A DNA stretch of 64,000 nucleotides from an uncultured Acidobacteriota bacterium (lineage in GTDB: Bacteria > Acidobacteriota > Terriglobia > Bryobacterales > Bryobacteraceae). A model generated the notes under the pieces. The model was not told where the DNA came from. It made no database searches and saw only the letters and a list, made by a program, of their open reading frames with translations. Shown piece after piece: positions 1 through 9,799 of this stretch (within the stretch, counting starts at the first letter, position 1; every line of letters starts with the position of its first letter). Where the stretch lies: assembly GCA_902825945.1 (NCBI GenBank), contig CADECY010000005.1, positions 90,557-154,556 of the forward strand, given 5' to 3'. Both the position numbers and the translations under genes were made by a program.

Positions 1-1874
1 AGAGTCTGCAAAACAATCGCGAGCAGATCGAGCTCTCGAAGCGCCTCGCCACCATCGCCACCGATGTGCCGATCGAGTGGTCGCTCGAACAGGTCGCATC
101 GCAAACACCCGACGTGGAGTTGCTGCGCCGCGTCTACACCGATCTCGAATTCTTCAGCCAACTGCGCGAGATGAAGATCGATCGGCCCGCCGTCGCTATC
201 TCGGCGCTGAGTCTCGACGATCCGCCCGCGATCGCGAAGTGGATCTCGGAAGCTGGATTGGGCCCCATCGCCGTTGTCGCCGGTTCGGATGGCGAGGGGC
301 TACTCGCCCGAGCCCGCGTCGGGCTCGCCAATCGCGAGGACCAGGGAGTTGGCATCGACGACACACATTTCGACTCGCTACGCACCCTGCTCGGTGACGC
401 GGCACTCCCCAAGATCGCGCACGACGCGAAGTCGCTCACCGTCGAACTCGACCGCATGGGCCTTCCCTTCGCGGGAACGCGAGATGACGTGATGCTCTAC
501 GCGTTTCTACTCACCGCCGATCCGGGCGCCTGCACGATGGACGTGTTGTGCAATCGCCATCTCGACCGGCCGGTTCCAGGCTCGATCGAAGAACGCGCAG
601 CGGCGACGTGGCAACTCGCGAACCGCCTCGCTCCCGAAGTCGACCGGCGGGGATTCCGCAAGCTCTACGACGAGATCGACCTGCCGGTGACAGACGTGCT
701 AGTGCGCATGGAATTGACCGGGGTCCGAATCGACCCGGTCGCTTTGCGCGCGATGTCCGTTCACATGGAGACCGAAATCGAGCGGCTGAACTCGGAGATC
801 CACAAGCTTGCCGGACATCCGTTCAACGTCAACTCGCCGCAACAGTTGGGCAAGGTGCTGTTCGAGGAGATGGGGCTGCCCGCGCCGGTGGTTCGCGGAA
901 AGGGCAAACAGATTTCGACCGCGGCGGACGTGCTCGAAACGCTCGGCGAAGAGCACGAAATCGCGCGCAAGGTACTCGAGTTCCGTCAGGTAACCAAACT
1001 GAAGGGAACCTATGTCGACGCGCTTCCGCAACTGGTGAATCCCTCCACCGGCCGCCTGCACACCTCGTTCAATCCGGTGGGCGCGGCGACCGGGCGGCTC
1101 TCCTCCTCGAACCCCAACCTGCAGAACATCCCGATCCGCACCGAACTCGGCCGCGCCATCCGCGCCGCATTCGTTCCGCGCGACGGATGGAAGCTGGTTG
1201 TCGCGGACTACTCACAGATCGAGCTCAGGTTGCTCGCGCACATGTCGGCAGATCCGGTGCTCGTCGATGCGTTCACGCGCGGCGAGGACATTCACACGCG
1301 CACCGCGGCCGAAGTATTCGGGGTAACGCCCGATCAGATTACGCCCGATCTGCGCCGCGCCGCCAAGGCGGTCAACTTCGGCATCATTTATGGACTCAGT
1401 GCGTTCGGGCTCGCGGGGCAGCTCGGCATCACGCGCGCACAGGCCGAGAAGTACATTCGCGGATACTTCGAGCTCTACACCGGAGTCCGCGCGTTCATCG
1501 ACGCGACGATCGCCGAGGTAAAGAAGACCGGCGCCACGCGCACGATGTTCGGGCGCGAGCGCCCCATCCCCGACATCGCGAGCCGCAATCCGAACGCGCG
1601 CGGATTCGCCGAACGGACCGCCGTCAATACACCACTGCAGGGCACCGCGGCCGACCTCATCAAGATCGCGATGATCCGGATTCAGGCCAAGCTCGCGGGC
1701 TGGCAGGCAAAGATGCTGTTGCAGGTCCACGACGAATTGGTGTTCGAGGCTCCGCCGGAGGAAGTGGACGAGCTGCGCGAACTGGTGAGGACCGAGATGG
1801 GGGGCGTGGCCCAACTGAAAGTGCCGTTGGTGGTGGACACCGGAGCGGGAGATAATTGGCGAGATGCGAAGTAG
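1..1874 (+). CDS. polA: DNA polymerase I, C-terminal ~620 aa (5' end outside window)
   Basis: Frame stays open from the window start into track ORF 66..1874 (upstream codons read ...SKRLATIATD then VPIEW). Family-A polymerase motifs DYSQIELRLLAH, RRAAKAVNFGIIYG, LQVHDELVFE. Confidence 0.95.
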   Translation, partial: SLQNNREQIELSKRLATIATDVPIEWSLEQVASQTPDVELLRRVYTDLEFFSQLREMKIDRPAVAISALSLDDPPAIAKWISEAGLGPIAVVAGSDGEGLLARARVGLANREDQGVGIDDTHFDSLRTLLGDAALPKIAHDAKSLTVELDRMGLPFAGTRDDVMLYAFLLTADPGACTMDVLCNRHLDRPVPGSIEERAAATWQLANRLAPEVDRRGFRKLYDEIDLPVTDVLVRMELTGVRIDPVALRAMSVHMETEIERLNSEIHKLAGHPFNVNSPQQLGKVLFEEMGLPAPVVRGKGKQISTAADVLETLGEEHEIARKVLEFRQVTKLKGTYVDALPQLVNPSTGRLHTSFNPVGAATGRLSSSNPNLQNIPIRTELGRAIRAAFVPRDGWKLVVADYSQIELRLLAHMSADPVLVDAFTRGEDIHTRTAAEVFGVTPDQITPDLRRAAKAVNFGIIYGLSAFGLAGQLGITRAQAEKYIRGYFELYTGVRAFIDATIAEVKKTGATRTMFGRERPIPDIASRNPNARGFAERTAVNTPLQGTAADLIKIAMIRIQAKLAGWQAKMLLQVHDELVFEAPPEEVDELRELVRTEMGGVAQLKVPLVVDTGAGDNWRDAK

Positions 1875-2508
1875 AATTCTGGCTGCGTTGATCGGATTGT
1901 TCGTGCTCTCCTGCGGTGGTCCGGAACCGACCAAGAAGGCCGAATCAGCGAAGCCGAAGCTTCCAGACAAGCCACCGGAGAAGTTCCGCGTCAAGCTCGA
2001 GACTACGAAGGGCGATATCGTCATCCAACTCGCGCGGGCCAATGCACCACGCGGAGTCGATCATTTCTACCGCCTTCTCGCCACGGGCTTCTACGACAAC
2101 ATGCGCTTCCATCGCGTGATGCGCGGATTCGTCGCGCAGTTCGGAATCAGCGGGATTCCGCTCGAAAACCAGGTGTGGGCCAAGGCCGCGATTCCCGACG
2201 ATCCGGTGAAGCTGAAGAACAAGCGCGGGACGGTGACGTTCGCCAAGTTGGGCCCCAACTCGCGCACCACGCAAATCTTCATCAACCTGCGCGACAATCT
2301 CGACCTCGACGCGACTGGCTTCGCGCCGCTCGGTGAAGTGGTCGAGGGCATGGATGTCGCGGACAAACTCGCGGCGCTCTACGGCGAGAACAAGCCGCGT
2401 GGCAGCGGGCCCGATCCGAACCGCATCCAGACTGAAGGCAACGCCTACCTCGACAAGGAATTCCCGCGCCTCGATTCGATCAAGAAAGCTAGCGTCATTC
2501 TCGAATGA
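1864..2508 (+). CDS. cyclophilin-type peptidyl-prolyl cis-trans isomerase, probable lipoprotein
   Basis: Cyclophilin core FHRVMRGFVAQFG ... GTVTFAK. N-terminal MRSRILAALIGLFVLSCGG looks like a lipoprotein signal. 11-nt overlap with the polA end. Confidence 0.9.
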   Translation: MRSRILAALIGLFVLSCGGPEPTKKAESAKPKLPDKPPEKFRVKLETTKGDIVIQLARANAPRGVDHFYRLLATGFYDNMRFHRVMRGFVAQFGISGIPLENQVWAKAAIPDDPVKLKNKRGTVTFAKLGPNSRTTQIFINLRDNLDLDATGFAPLGEVVEGMDVADKLAALYGENKPRGSGPDPNRIQTEGNAYLDKEFPRLDSIKKASVILE

Positions 2509-3224
2509 GTACATTGACCGTCGTCCGCCACGGGCAGGCTTCGTTCCTGGCGGAGAACTACGATCGGCTCTCCGAATTGGGAGAGCGTCAGGCACGGCTG
2601 CTCGGCGAGTATTGGCTGACGAAGGGCGTGCGATTCGAGCACGTGGTCTACGGCCCGTGCGAGCGGCAGATCCGAACGGGCGAGATCATCGGCGATCTCT
2701 ATCGATCCGCGGGGGCTGGCTGGCCGGAACCTTCGAACGATCCCGATCTCGATGAGTTTCCCGCCGAACTCGTGGTGCGGACCTTCCTTCCCGAACTCCA
2801 ACGCCGCCACGATCATCTCAATCGCGCGGTGAGCGAGTTCGTTTCAACAGCCGACGCGAACACCAAGCGGCGCATCTTCGACCGCGTACTGCGCGAGGTG
2901 TCCCAACGTTGGCTTTCGGGCGAAGTAAGCCGCGAAGACATTCCGACGTGGCAGCAATTCTGCCACCGGATCGAAGCCGCGATGGAACGGGTGAAGCAGG
3001 CGACACCGAAGTCTGGTCACGCGGTGGTGTTCACCTCGGGCGGACCCACGGCCGCCACTGCCCGCGCGGCGCTAGGCCTCAGCTACGAGAGCACGCTCGA
3101 ACTCACATGGAGCCCGAAGAACGCGTCGTTCTCCGAGTTCCTGTTCACCTCGGACCGCTTCTCGCTGCACACGTTCAACAGCACGCCGCACCTCGAAGCG
3201 CCGGACTTGATCACCTATCGCTAG
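2505..3224 (+). CDS. histidine phosphatase (phosphoglycerate mutase-like) family protein
   Basis: N-terminal TVVRHGQASF (RHG catalytic motif). ATGA start/stop overlap with the upstream PPIase gene. Confidence 0.8.
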   Translation: MSTLTVVRHGQASFLAENYDRLSELGERQARLLGEYWLTKGVRFEHVVYGPCERQIRTGEIIGDLYRSAGAGWPEPSNDPDLDEFPAELVVRTFLPELQRRHDHLNRAVSEFVSTADANTKRRIFDRVLREVSQRWLSGEVSREDIPTWQQFCHRIEAAMERVKQATPKSGHAVVFTSGGPTAATARAALGLSYESTLELTWSPKNASFSEFLFTSDRFSLHTFNSTPHLEAPDLITYR

Positions 3225-4219
3225 AACCGGCGCGAAATTCCCATGATCAAGGAATAGTCGGCGAACGCGGCGTCACCGCGGATGCCCACCATCCGGTCGG
3301 TCCAGCTCTGCTTGCGATTGCGGAGTACAGCCACCGGCACGTTCATCGAAACCGTATAGGCTCCGCGTGAGAACATCACGCCGGGATCAACCGAAAGCGC
3401 GTAGCCGGGGCGGCGGAATCCGTCGCTGCGGCCGATGAGATCGCGGATCGGCACGCCCTCGAGGCGCATACCGAGACTGCCCGCGACCTTGCGGAGGCCC
3501 GGAATCAGACGCGTGACACCGCCACGCACCAAGTACTGGTCAGACACAGAGAAGGTGCTCTCGAGCGGACGAGCGCGGAACGTGGCCACGCCGTTGGTGT
3601 TGCGCGGATTGACGAGATAGGTTCCCTGCGCAAAGAGCCAGGATCCGAAGACCGTGGGCGTGTAGGCGTTCATGTCGAGCGTGATGCCCGTGCCGCCGTC
3701 ACCCGGCTGGATGGACTGATCGGCATTGGCGATGATCCGCTGATTCTGCGCGTTCAGCGCAGGCGCAGAGACGCGGTAACGGCCGGTGGGCAGTTTCATT
3801 CCGAACCCGACTCCGATGTTGCGGAGCGCCTCCGAGGGCGGCCGCAAGATCCAGGTCCGGAAGCCGAAGGTCATGTCGCCCTGGCTGAATACCTCGTACT
3901 CGGCGCGTGGATTGTAGAGCTGGTTGCGGTGCGACTTGATGATCGGCAGCGAACTCGTCACGCTCCAGCGGGGCGAGAGCTGGTAGGAAGCGCTCAGGTC
4001 CCAGATATGCGTCTTGTTGACGATCTCGGTGCCCAGAATCGCTCGCTGTTTCTGTTCCGTGGTTCCCACGAAATGCCGGTGAGACGGAAGCCAGCGATAG
4101 CCGAGAGAAACATCCCACCGCTCCTTCTTCGGTTTTGACGGAGCGGCGCCGCCGGTCCTCCTAGGTTCCGGACGGCTGCATAGCACGCCAAGCACGGGCG
4201 CGCCTTGACGGGCAGCCAC
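3221..4219 (-). CDS. outer-membrane beta-barrel protein, apparently cut off from its signal peptide by an in-frame TGA (see finding)
   Basis: Alternating beta-strand-like sequence ending ...LIMGISRRF (C-terminal Phe typical of OMPs). No signal peptide after the GTG at 4219; a signal-peptide-like segment lies in the same frame just upstream of the TGA at 4220-4222. Confidence 0.5.
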   Translation of the reverse strand: MAARQGAPVLGVLCSRPEPRRTGGAAPSKPKKERWDVSLGYRWLPSHRHFVGTTEQKQRAILGTEIVNKTHIWDLSASYQLSPRWSVTSSLPIIKSHRNQLYNPRAEYEVFSQGDMTFGFRTWILRPPSEALRNIGVGFGMKLPTGRYRVSAPALNAQNQRIIANADQSIQPGDGGTGITLDMNAYTPTVFGSWLFAQGTYLVNPRNTNGVATFRARPLESTFSVSDQYLVRGGVTRLIPGLRKVAGSLGMRLEGVPIRDLIGRSDGFRRPGYALSVDPGVMFSRGAYTVSMNVPVAVLRNRKQSWTDRMVGIRGDAAFADYSLIMGISRRF

Positions 4220-4416
4220 TCAACCCTGGCCCGAAGCGGGCCGGGCCTGGACCAATAGCATCAATGCGATAGCGGCTGGCGGGAAATAGCGTTTCAAGTC
4301 GTCTCCGATCATCGAGGGCATCCACCCCTTCTTATCTAGTAGACACTGGTCGGATCAACAGTTTGCCGCGCGGCTGGCAAAATACTGCAAAGATACTACC
4401 CGGCGGGGACTGCCGG

Positions 4417-4986
4417 TCAGGCAACGGGAAAGACAGCACCACCCATCGAGGGGTGTCGCACGGTGATCGAGGATTGGCACGCCGTACAGGAAAGCGCGCC
4501 GTCCCGGTCGCGGTCATCCATCCACTCGCTGTAGCCCACGCAGGCATCGAGCGAGACGATGGAACGGAGCGCACCTTCATCGAGTTGGCAGTCCGCTCGC
4601 AGGGCGCTGCCATGAATCGGATAGATCAGGATGTTCCGCTGCCGGATGAGGCCCTCGACCACTTGCAGATGCCGGCATGACGCGCGTGCAGAGAGATTTT
4701 CCAGGTAGGCCTGCTGAGCCGGCGTGAATCGCGGTGCCTGGGGAACCGGGGCGGGCGGCACTGCGCTACCGCGTCCGGCATGCCGGATGTGATACCAACG
4801 GAGTAACGCGAAAGCCAACGCCAGGTTGAAAACGGTGATCGCGATTCCGGCAAGCGGTCCTTGCAGTTCGAGCACCTCGAACGCCAGGTTGCCCAGCGTG
4901 ACGATGCTGATCATCAGGATCGCCGTGATCGCCAGCACTTCGGCCAAGCGCTTGGCCGGCGTGGAACTACCGAGGCGCTTGGGCAT
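4417..4986 (-). CDS. hypothetical membrane protein (two predicted TM helices, Cys-containing C-terminal domain)
   Basis: Track ORF. Hydrophobic stretches LAEVLAITAILMISIVTLGNLAF and LAGIAITVFNLALAFALL. No family recognised. Confidence 0.4.
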   Translation of the reverse strand: MPKRLGSSTPAKRLAEVLAITAILMISIVTLGNLAFEVLELQGPLAGIAITVFNLALAFALLRWYHIRHAGRGSAVPPAPVPQAPRFTPAQQAYLENLSARASCRHLQVVEGLIRQRNILIYPIHGSALRADCQLDEGALRSIVSLDACVGYSEWMDDRDRDGALSCTACQSSITVRHPSMGGAVFPVA

Positions 4987-6007
4987 CCACCCGAGCCTCC
5001 CGGGTTTGCAGGCTCTTCGCGGTGAAGTCGAGCAGCGTCGCGGTCACCGACAGAATCACCGGACCGAGGAAGATTCCCAGCACGCCGAACGCCTTCATTC
5101 CGCCCAACAACCCGAACAACACCAGGAGCGGATTCATTCCCGCGCGTCCGCTCACCACCCACGGCCGCACGAAGTTGTCGGAGTTGGCCACCACGATCGC
5201 GCCCCAGATCCCGAGAAAGATCGCCTTGCCCCACGATCCTTGTACCGCCAGTGCGATCGCGGCCGGACCCCACACGAGTCCGGTGCCGAAGATCGGAATC
5301 AGGGACAATACCGCCGCGATCACGCTCCAGAGGATCGGCGCATGGACACCCGCCGCCCACATACCGGCCCCCGTCAACGCGCCCTGCGCCGCGCCCACGG
5401 CCACCACGCCATACATGTTGGCGAGGATCGAATCGGACACCTGATTCAGCAACATTTCGACACGATCGCGCTCGATCGGAATCAGGCGGGGTAGCGCGAC
5501 GCGAATCCGGTCCGCGTCGCGAAAGAAGAAGAACAACGCCACGAGCGCGGTGACGATTTGAATGATCGACTCTCCAATTCCCGCGATGACGGAGCGGCCC
5601 ACCCCGAGCAGCGCGCGGCCACTGTGCGAGAGTTCTTCGAGAAGGCGGGGCCGCATCTCGTCCACTTCGAGTCCGGTGCGGTGGGAGATCCAGGCCAGCG
5701 GGCGCTCGGCCCACGCCGCGATCGCGTCCTTGCTCACCGAGCGGTACAAGTCGCGCAGTTCGTCGGCGGCGGCCACCACAGCCAGCGACAGCGGTAACAC
5801 CACGCACACGATGACGAAGAAAGTGGAGAGCATGGCCGCCAATCCGCGCGATCGCACGATGCGCGCCAAGCGGCGATGCACGGGCAGAAACACCACCGCG
5901 AGAACCGTAGCGGTGACGATCGCGAACAGAAACGGCCGCAACAACAGGAACGAGAGATACGCGGCGAGCGCCGTCAAAACCACGAGGATGAACGGCTGTC
6001 CGGTCAC
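4967..6007 (-). CDS. AI-2E family transporter (PerM/UPF0118-like permease)
   Basis: 346-aa polytopic membrane protein. N-terminus ILVVLTALAAYLSFLLLRPFLFAIVTATVLAVVFLPVHRRL is typical of the family. GTG start at 6007. Confidence 0.85.
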   Translation of the reverse strand: MTGQPFILVVLTALAAYLSFLLLRPFLFAIVTATVLAVVFLPVHRRLARIVRSRGLAAMLSTFFVIVCVVLPLSLAVVAAADELRDLYRSVSKDAIAAWAERPLAWISHRTGLEVDEMRPRLLEELSHSGRALLGVGRSVIAGIGESIIQIVTALVALFFFFRDADRIRVALPRLIPIERDRVEMLLNQVSDSILANMYGVVAVGAAQGALTGAGMWAAGVHAPILWSVIAAVLSLIPIFGTGLVWGPAAIALAVQGSWGKAIFLGIWGAIVVANSDNFVRPWVVSGRAGMNPLLVLFGLLGGMKAFGVLGIFLGPVILSVTATLLDFTAKSLQTREARVDAQAPR

Positions 6008-6008
6008 G

Positions 6009-6356
6009 TCAGTCCATCCATTCGTCCGCGGGGTCGAACTTCGGAAACACCACGATCAGCACCCTCATGCGGCCGATCGCGCGATGGCGCACGCCCGGCG
6101 GGATGAGGATGCAGCGCCCGGGCTTCAGATCGATCAGCTCATCGTCGAGTTGGAAGCGTGCGGCGGGCCCACACTCGAGGATGTAGTAGGTTTCGGTGAG
6201 CCGCCGATGATAATGCAGCGCGGCATCCTCGGAGATTTCGGTGAGATGGATGGTTCCCGGAAAGCTCTCGACATCGGCGAAGGCGCGGCGGGCGATGCCG
6301 CATGGACAAGGGACTCCCGGCAGATCGGCGAGGTCGACGACCGCGGGAGTGCTCAT
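6009..6356 (-). CDS. cupin domain protein (115 aa)
   Basis: Cupin-like HYHRRLTETYYILEG-type and PPGVRHRAIG motifs. Start set at ATG 6356, which overlaps (ATGA) the stop of the upstream gene. The longer 196-aa track ORF is rejected. Confidence 0.7.
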   Translation of the reverse strand: MSTPAVVDLADLPGVPCPCGIARRAFADVESFPGTIHLTEISEDAALHYHRRLTETYYILECGPAARFQLDDELIDLKPGRCILIPPGVRHRAIGRMRVLIVVFPKFDPADEWMD

Positions 6357-8404
6357 CCCGCCGGTTCCGCCGCCAGCTTGGCGAGCAGGCTCGCGGGCTG
6401 CCACAGCGAACCATGCACTCGCTCGAGTTCGCGTACGCGATCGTGGACACGGCGCCAGCCGGCCAGTTCCGCGTACTTCATCGGGCCGCCCCGATGCGGC
6501 GGAAAGCCGTAGCCAGTGACGTAGATCATGTCGATATCGACGGGCCGCGCCGCGATGCCCTCCTCGAGAATCCGGCAGCCTTCGTTGACGAGCGCGCACA
6601 AACAGCGATCGCGGATCTCGTCCGCCCGGATCTCGCGCCGCGTGATTCCGGCCCGTCTGGCGGCTTCGGCGGCGATCGACTCCACTTCAGGATCGTCAAT
6701 CCGGTTCCGCTCGTCGTCATATCGATACCAGCCGGCGCGCGTCTTCTGCCCGAAGCGGCCGGCCTCGCAAAGCATGTCCTCGATGAGCGGCTTGCGAACG
6801 GAAGGATCGTCGAGGTGGCGATGCTCCTTGCGGATGCGCCAACCGACGTCGAGTCCCGCGAGATCTCCCACCCCGAGCGGACCCATGGCCATTCCGAAGT
6901 CCACGAGCGCGGCATCCACATCGGCCGGACGCGCTCCCTCTTCAACGAGAAACTGCGCTTCCCGGCGATAGCAGTGGAACATGCGATTGCCTACGAATCC
7001 CCTGCAATTGCCCACCACCACGCCGACCTTGCCGAGAATCCTGGCGATACCGAGCGATGCGCCCGTCACTTCCGGGCTCGTCGCCTTGCCGCGCACGATC
7101 TCGAGCAGCCGCATCACTTGGGCGGGCGAGAAGAAGTGGTGTCCGATCACGCGCTCGGGCCGCCGGGTGGCCGCGGCGATCTGGTCGATGTCGAGCGACG
7201 AAGTGTTGGTCGCAAGGATCGCGTCGTGGCTTGCGAATGAATCGATATCGGCGAACACGCGCTTCTTGAGCACCATGTCCTCGAAAACGGCCTCGACGAT
7301 GACATTGGCGTTCTCCATGCCCGCGTATCCTTCGGCCTTCTGGATCCGTTCGATGCGGGAGTTTGCGTCGGCGGGACTCATCCGGCCCTTCGACGCGCTC
7401 GACTTGTACTGCGCCCGGATCGCGAGCATCGCCCGTTCGAGCGCATCTGGAGATTCGTCAGTCAGCAGCACGGAAACCCCGGCGTTCGCGTACGCCATCG
7501 CGATGCCGCGCCCCATGGTTCCGGCGCCGATCACCGCCGCGAGTTTGATCTCGGGAGTCACCTTCGGAACTCCGGGCACCTTCGCCACTTCGCGCTCTCC
7601 GAGGAAGACGTGAACCAGCGCCTTCGATTCGTTCGAGTAGAGGCATTCGCGAAACAACCGCTGCTCCTCGATGAGGCCTTGCGCGAAAGGCAGGCGGTTG
7701 GCGAGTTCCACGGCGGCGAGCGCCTGATTCGGCGCAAACAGTGGCTTCAGCTTGGGCGGGAGCTTCGGAAGAATGAAGGTGCTGAGCGACTGATCCTTGC
7801 CCCTGGTCGGCCGGGGACTCGTGAGCGCGGCCGCGAACCGCAGCGCGCCTTCGAGCAGATCGCCCTCAACGATCTCATCGATCAATCCGTTGTCGAGGGC
7901 CTCGGCTGCGGTAACGGGTGCTCCAGTCGCGCACATCACCGCCGCGCGATAGGAGCCGATCAGACGGGGAAGCCGCTGTGTTCCGCCGGCGCCGGGAATC
8001 AGACCGAGCTTCACCTCGGGTTGACCGAGCTGAGTGGCCGGACCCGCGATGCGGTAGTGGCAGGCGAGCGCGAGTTCGAGTCCACCGCCGAGCGCGGCGC
8101 CTTGCATCGCGGCGACCACAGGCTTCGGCGCCAGTTCGATGTCGTCGAGCACGTTGCCAAGGTGGACGTCGATCTCCTTTTCGCCCGAAACGATTCGGAC
8201 GAACTCGTTGATGTCATAGCCCGCGACGAAGTTCCGTCCGGCGCCGATGATCACGACGGCTCGCACGCCAGCATCGGCGATTGCTTCGTCCACGCGCGCT
8301 CCGAGCGATTGTGTCACGTCGGGGTTGATCGCGTTGACGGGCGGATTGTCGATCGTGATGATCGCGATCGCGTCTTTTTGGGAGATCCGGACCGGGGATG
8401 ACAT
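6353..8404 (-). CDS. bifunctional enoyl-CoA hydratase / 3-hydroxyacyl-CoA dehydrogenase (FadB/FadJ-like)
   Basis: N-terminal crotonase fold (AIITIDNPPVNA, GGGLELALACHYR), Rossmann AVIGAGTMGRGIA, and 3HCDH C-terminal domains. Start at ATG 8404 (MSSPVRISQ). The Arg/Gly-rich 226-aa upstream extension of the track ORF is rejected. Confidence 0.9.
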   Translation of the reverse strand: MSSPVRISQKDAIAIITIDNPPVNAINPDVTQSLGARVDEAIADAGVRAVVIIGAGRNFVAGYDINEFVRIVSGEKEIDVHLGNVLDDIELAPKPVVAAMQGAALGGGLELALACHYRIAGPATQLGQPEVKLGLIPGAGGTQRLPRLIGSYRAAVMCATGAPVTAAEALDNGLIDEIVEGDLLEGALRFAAALTSPRPTRGKDQSLSTFILPKLPPKLKPLFAPNQALAAVELANRLPFAQGLIEEQRLFRECLYSNESKALVHVFLGEREVAKVPGVPKVTPEIKLAAVIGAGTMGRGIAMAYANAGVSVLLTDESPDALERAMLAIRAQYKSSASKGRMSPADANSRIERIQKAEGYAGMENANVIVEAVFEDMVLKKRVFADIDSFASHDAILATNTSSLDIDQIAAATRRPERVIGHHFFSPAQVMRLLEIVRGKATSPEVTGASLGIARILGKVGVVVGNCRGFVGNRMFHCYRREAQFLVEEGARPADVDAALVDFGMAMGPLGVGDLAGLDVGWRIRKEHRHLDDPSVRKPLIEDMLCEAGRFGQKTRAGWYRYDDERNRIDDPEVESIAAEAARRAGITRREIRADEIRDRCLCALVNEGCRILEEGIAARPVDIDMIYVTGYGFPPHRGGPMKYAELAGWRRVHDRVRELERVHGSLWQPASLLAKLAAEPAG

Positions 8405-8439
8405 GGCCAACTGCCAGTATAAGGCGTCCGGCGGGCCAG

Positions 8440-9738
8440 TTACAGTTTGTAGGGCGCCCGCATCTCCCGGCCCAGCAGTTCCGAAGCGGCCGGATCGTAG
8501 AGGATCTCTTGCTTGTCCGGGTCCCAATTGACGCGGCGGCCGGTGAGCATCGCGATCTGGCCGAGCCAGCCGGGCGTCGCCGAACGCAGCGCCACCCGAG
8601 CGGGTGTCAGCGTTTCCTTGCGCGACTTGACGCACTCGATGAACTGCGCGTAGTGATCGGGTGATTTCGTCAGGCGGATCTCGCCGTCTTTCACCGTCTC
8701 CTCGAGCAGGCTCGCGGGTCCGGCCTCGATGCCGCGCCGGTCCACCCAGATCCAGCCGCGCTCGCCGATCCAACGCGTACCGGCGCGAATATCGTCGTGG
8801 CCGCCCGCGATCACCATCGTTACGCCGCCGGAATACTTGGCGGTAAGCCGGTAGCGCGTGGCAGAGTTCCAAAGCTTGGTCCGCTCTGGATACTCGCCGG
8901 TGCCCTCCACGTGATACGGGCCAGTTTCGTCCCAACCCATTCCCCAATGCGCGATGTCGACGTGATGGCCCACCCAGTCCATGAGTTGCCCGCCGCCGTA
9001 GTCGAGCGACCAGCGCCAGTTGAAATGCGAGCGTGCCGGCGAGTACTTCGCTTCCGGTCCGGGGCCGAGCCAGCGATCCCAATTCAGCGTGGGCGGCGGT
9101 TCGATGAACGCGGTCCGATCAACGAACTTGCCATAGTCGAATGGACCGGAAGGCAGCCCGACCTCCACTCGGTGGATCTTGCCGAGACGCCCGTTCCGCA
9201 CCAGTTCGCAGGCCTGATGGAATTGAGCCCTCGACCGCTGCCAGCTTCCCGTCTGCCAGATCACCTTGTGTTTCGCGACCTCCTTCACGATGGCCAGCCC
9301 TTCGCGGAACGTTTGCGCGAGAGGCTTTTCGCCATAGATATCTTTCTTGGCGCGCGCCGCGAGCACGCCCACGACTCCGTGCCAGTTGTCGGGAACGGCG
9401 ATCGTCACCGCGTCGAGATCGCGCCGCGCGATCACCTCCTCGAACGCGTGATAGGTGGCGCAATCCGTGTTGGCGTACTGCTTGTCGACCCGCTTCTTCG
9501 CGTCCGAGAGATGCTCGTCGTCCACGTCGCAAACCGCGAGCACGCGCGCCGCCGGAACCTTGAAAAAGTTGTTCAGGTGTCCGGTTCCCATGCCGCCCAC
9601 GCCGATCACCCCCATTGTGACGCGGTCGCTCGGGGCGATACCTCCGGCGCGGCCGAGGGTTTGGGCCTTGACGATCATCGGAAGTCCGGCGGATAGGCCG
9701 ACTTTGAGAAGGGATCTGCGCGAGGTCATCCCGGACAT
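8440..9738 (-). CDS. Gfo/Idh/MocA family oxidoreductase with twin-arginine signal
   Basis: MSGMTSRRSLLKVGLSAGLPMIVKAQ (Tat-like), then Rossmann MGVIGVGGMGTGH. Start moved to ATG 9738. Confidence 0.85.
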   Translation of the reverse strand: MSGMTSRRSLLKVGLSAGLPMIVKAQTLGRAGGIAPSDRVTMGVIGVGGMGTGHLNNFFKVPAARVLAVCDVDDEHLSDAKKRVDKQYANTDCATYHAFEEVIARRDLDAVTIAVPDNWHGVVGVLAARAKKDIYGEKPLAQTFREGLAIVKEVAKHKVIWQTGSWQRSRAQFHQACELVRNGRLGKIHRVEVGLPSGPFDYGKFVDRTAFIEPPPTLNWDRWLGPGPEAKYSPARSHFNWRWSLDYGGGQLMDWVGHHVDIAHWGMGWDETGPYHVEGTGEYPERTKLWNSATRYRLTAKYSGGVTMVIAGGHDDIRAGTRWIGERGWIWVDRRGIEAGPASLLEETVKDGEIRLTKSPDHYAQFIECVKSRKETLTPARVALRSATPGWLGQIAMLTGRRVNWDPDKQEILYDPAASELLGREMRAPYKL

Positions 9739-9799
9739 CGTATCGTAATCGGAAAATCGCCGTAACGAAAACCCGCGTGGACGGATATAGTGATCGAGG

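Noticed and set aside
4220-4222. TGA as a selenocysteine codon
   Set aside because: I see no obvious SECIS-like stem-loop immediately downstream, and an OMP signal-peptide junction has no redox context. A nonsense mutation or sequencing error is more likely, but this was not formally tested.
8405-9082. 226-codon N-terminal extension of the 909-aa track ORF 6353..9082
   Set aside because: The extension is Arg/Gly/Pro-rich and overlaps the well-supported Gfo/Idh/MocA gene on the same strand region. The crotonase domain begins right after ATG 8404 (MSSPVRISQ).
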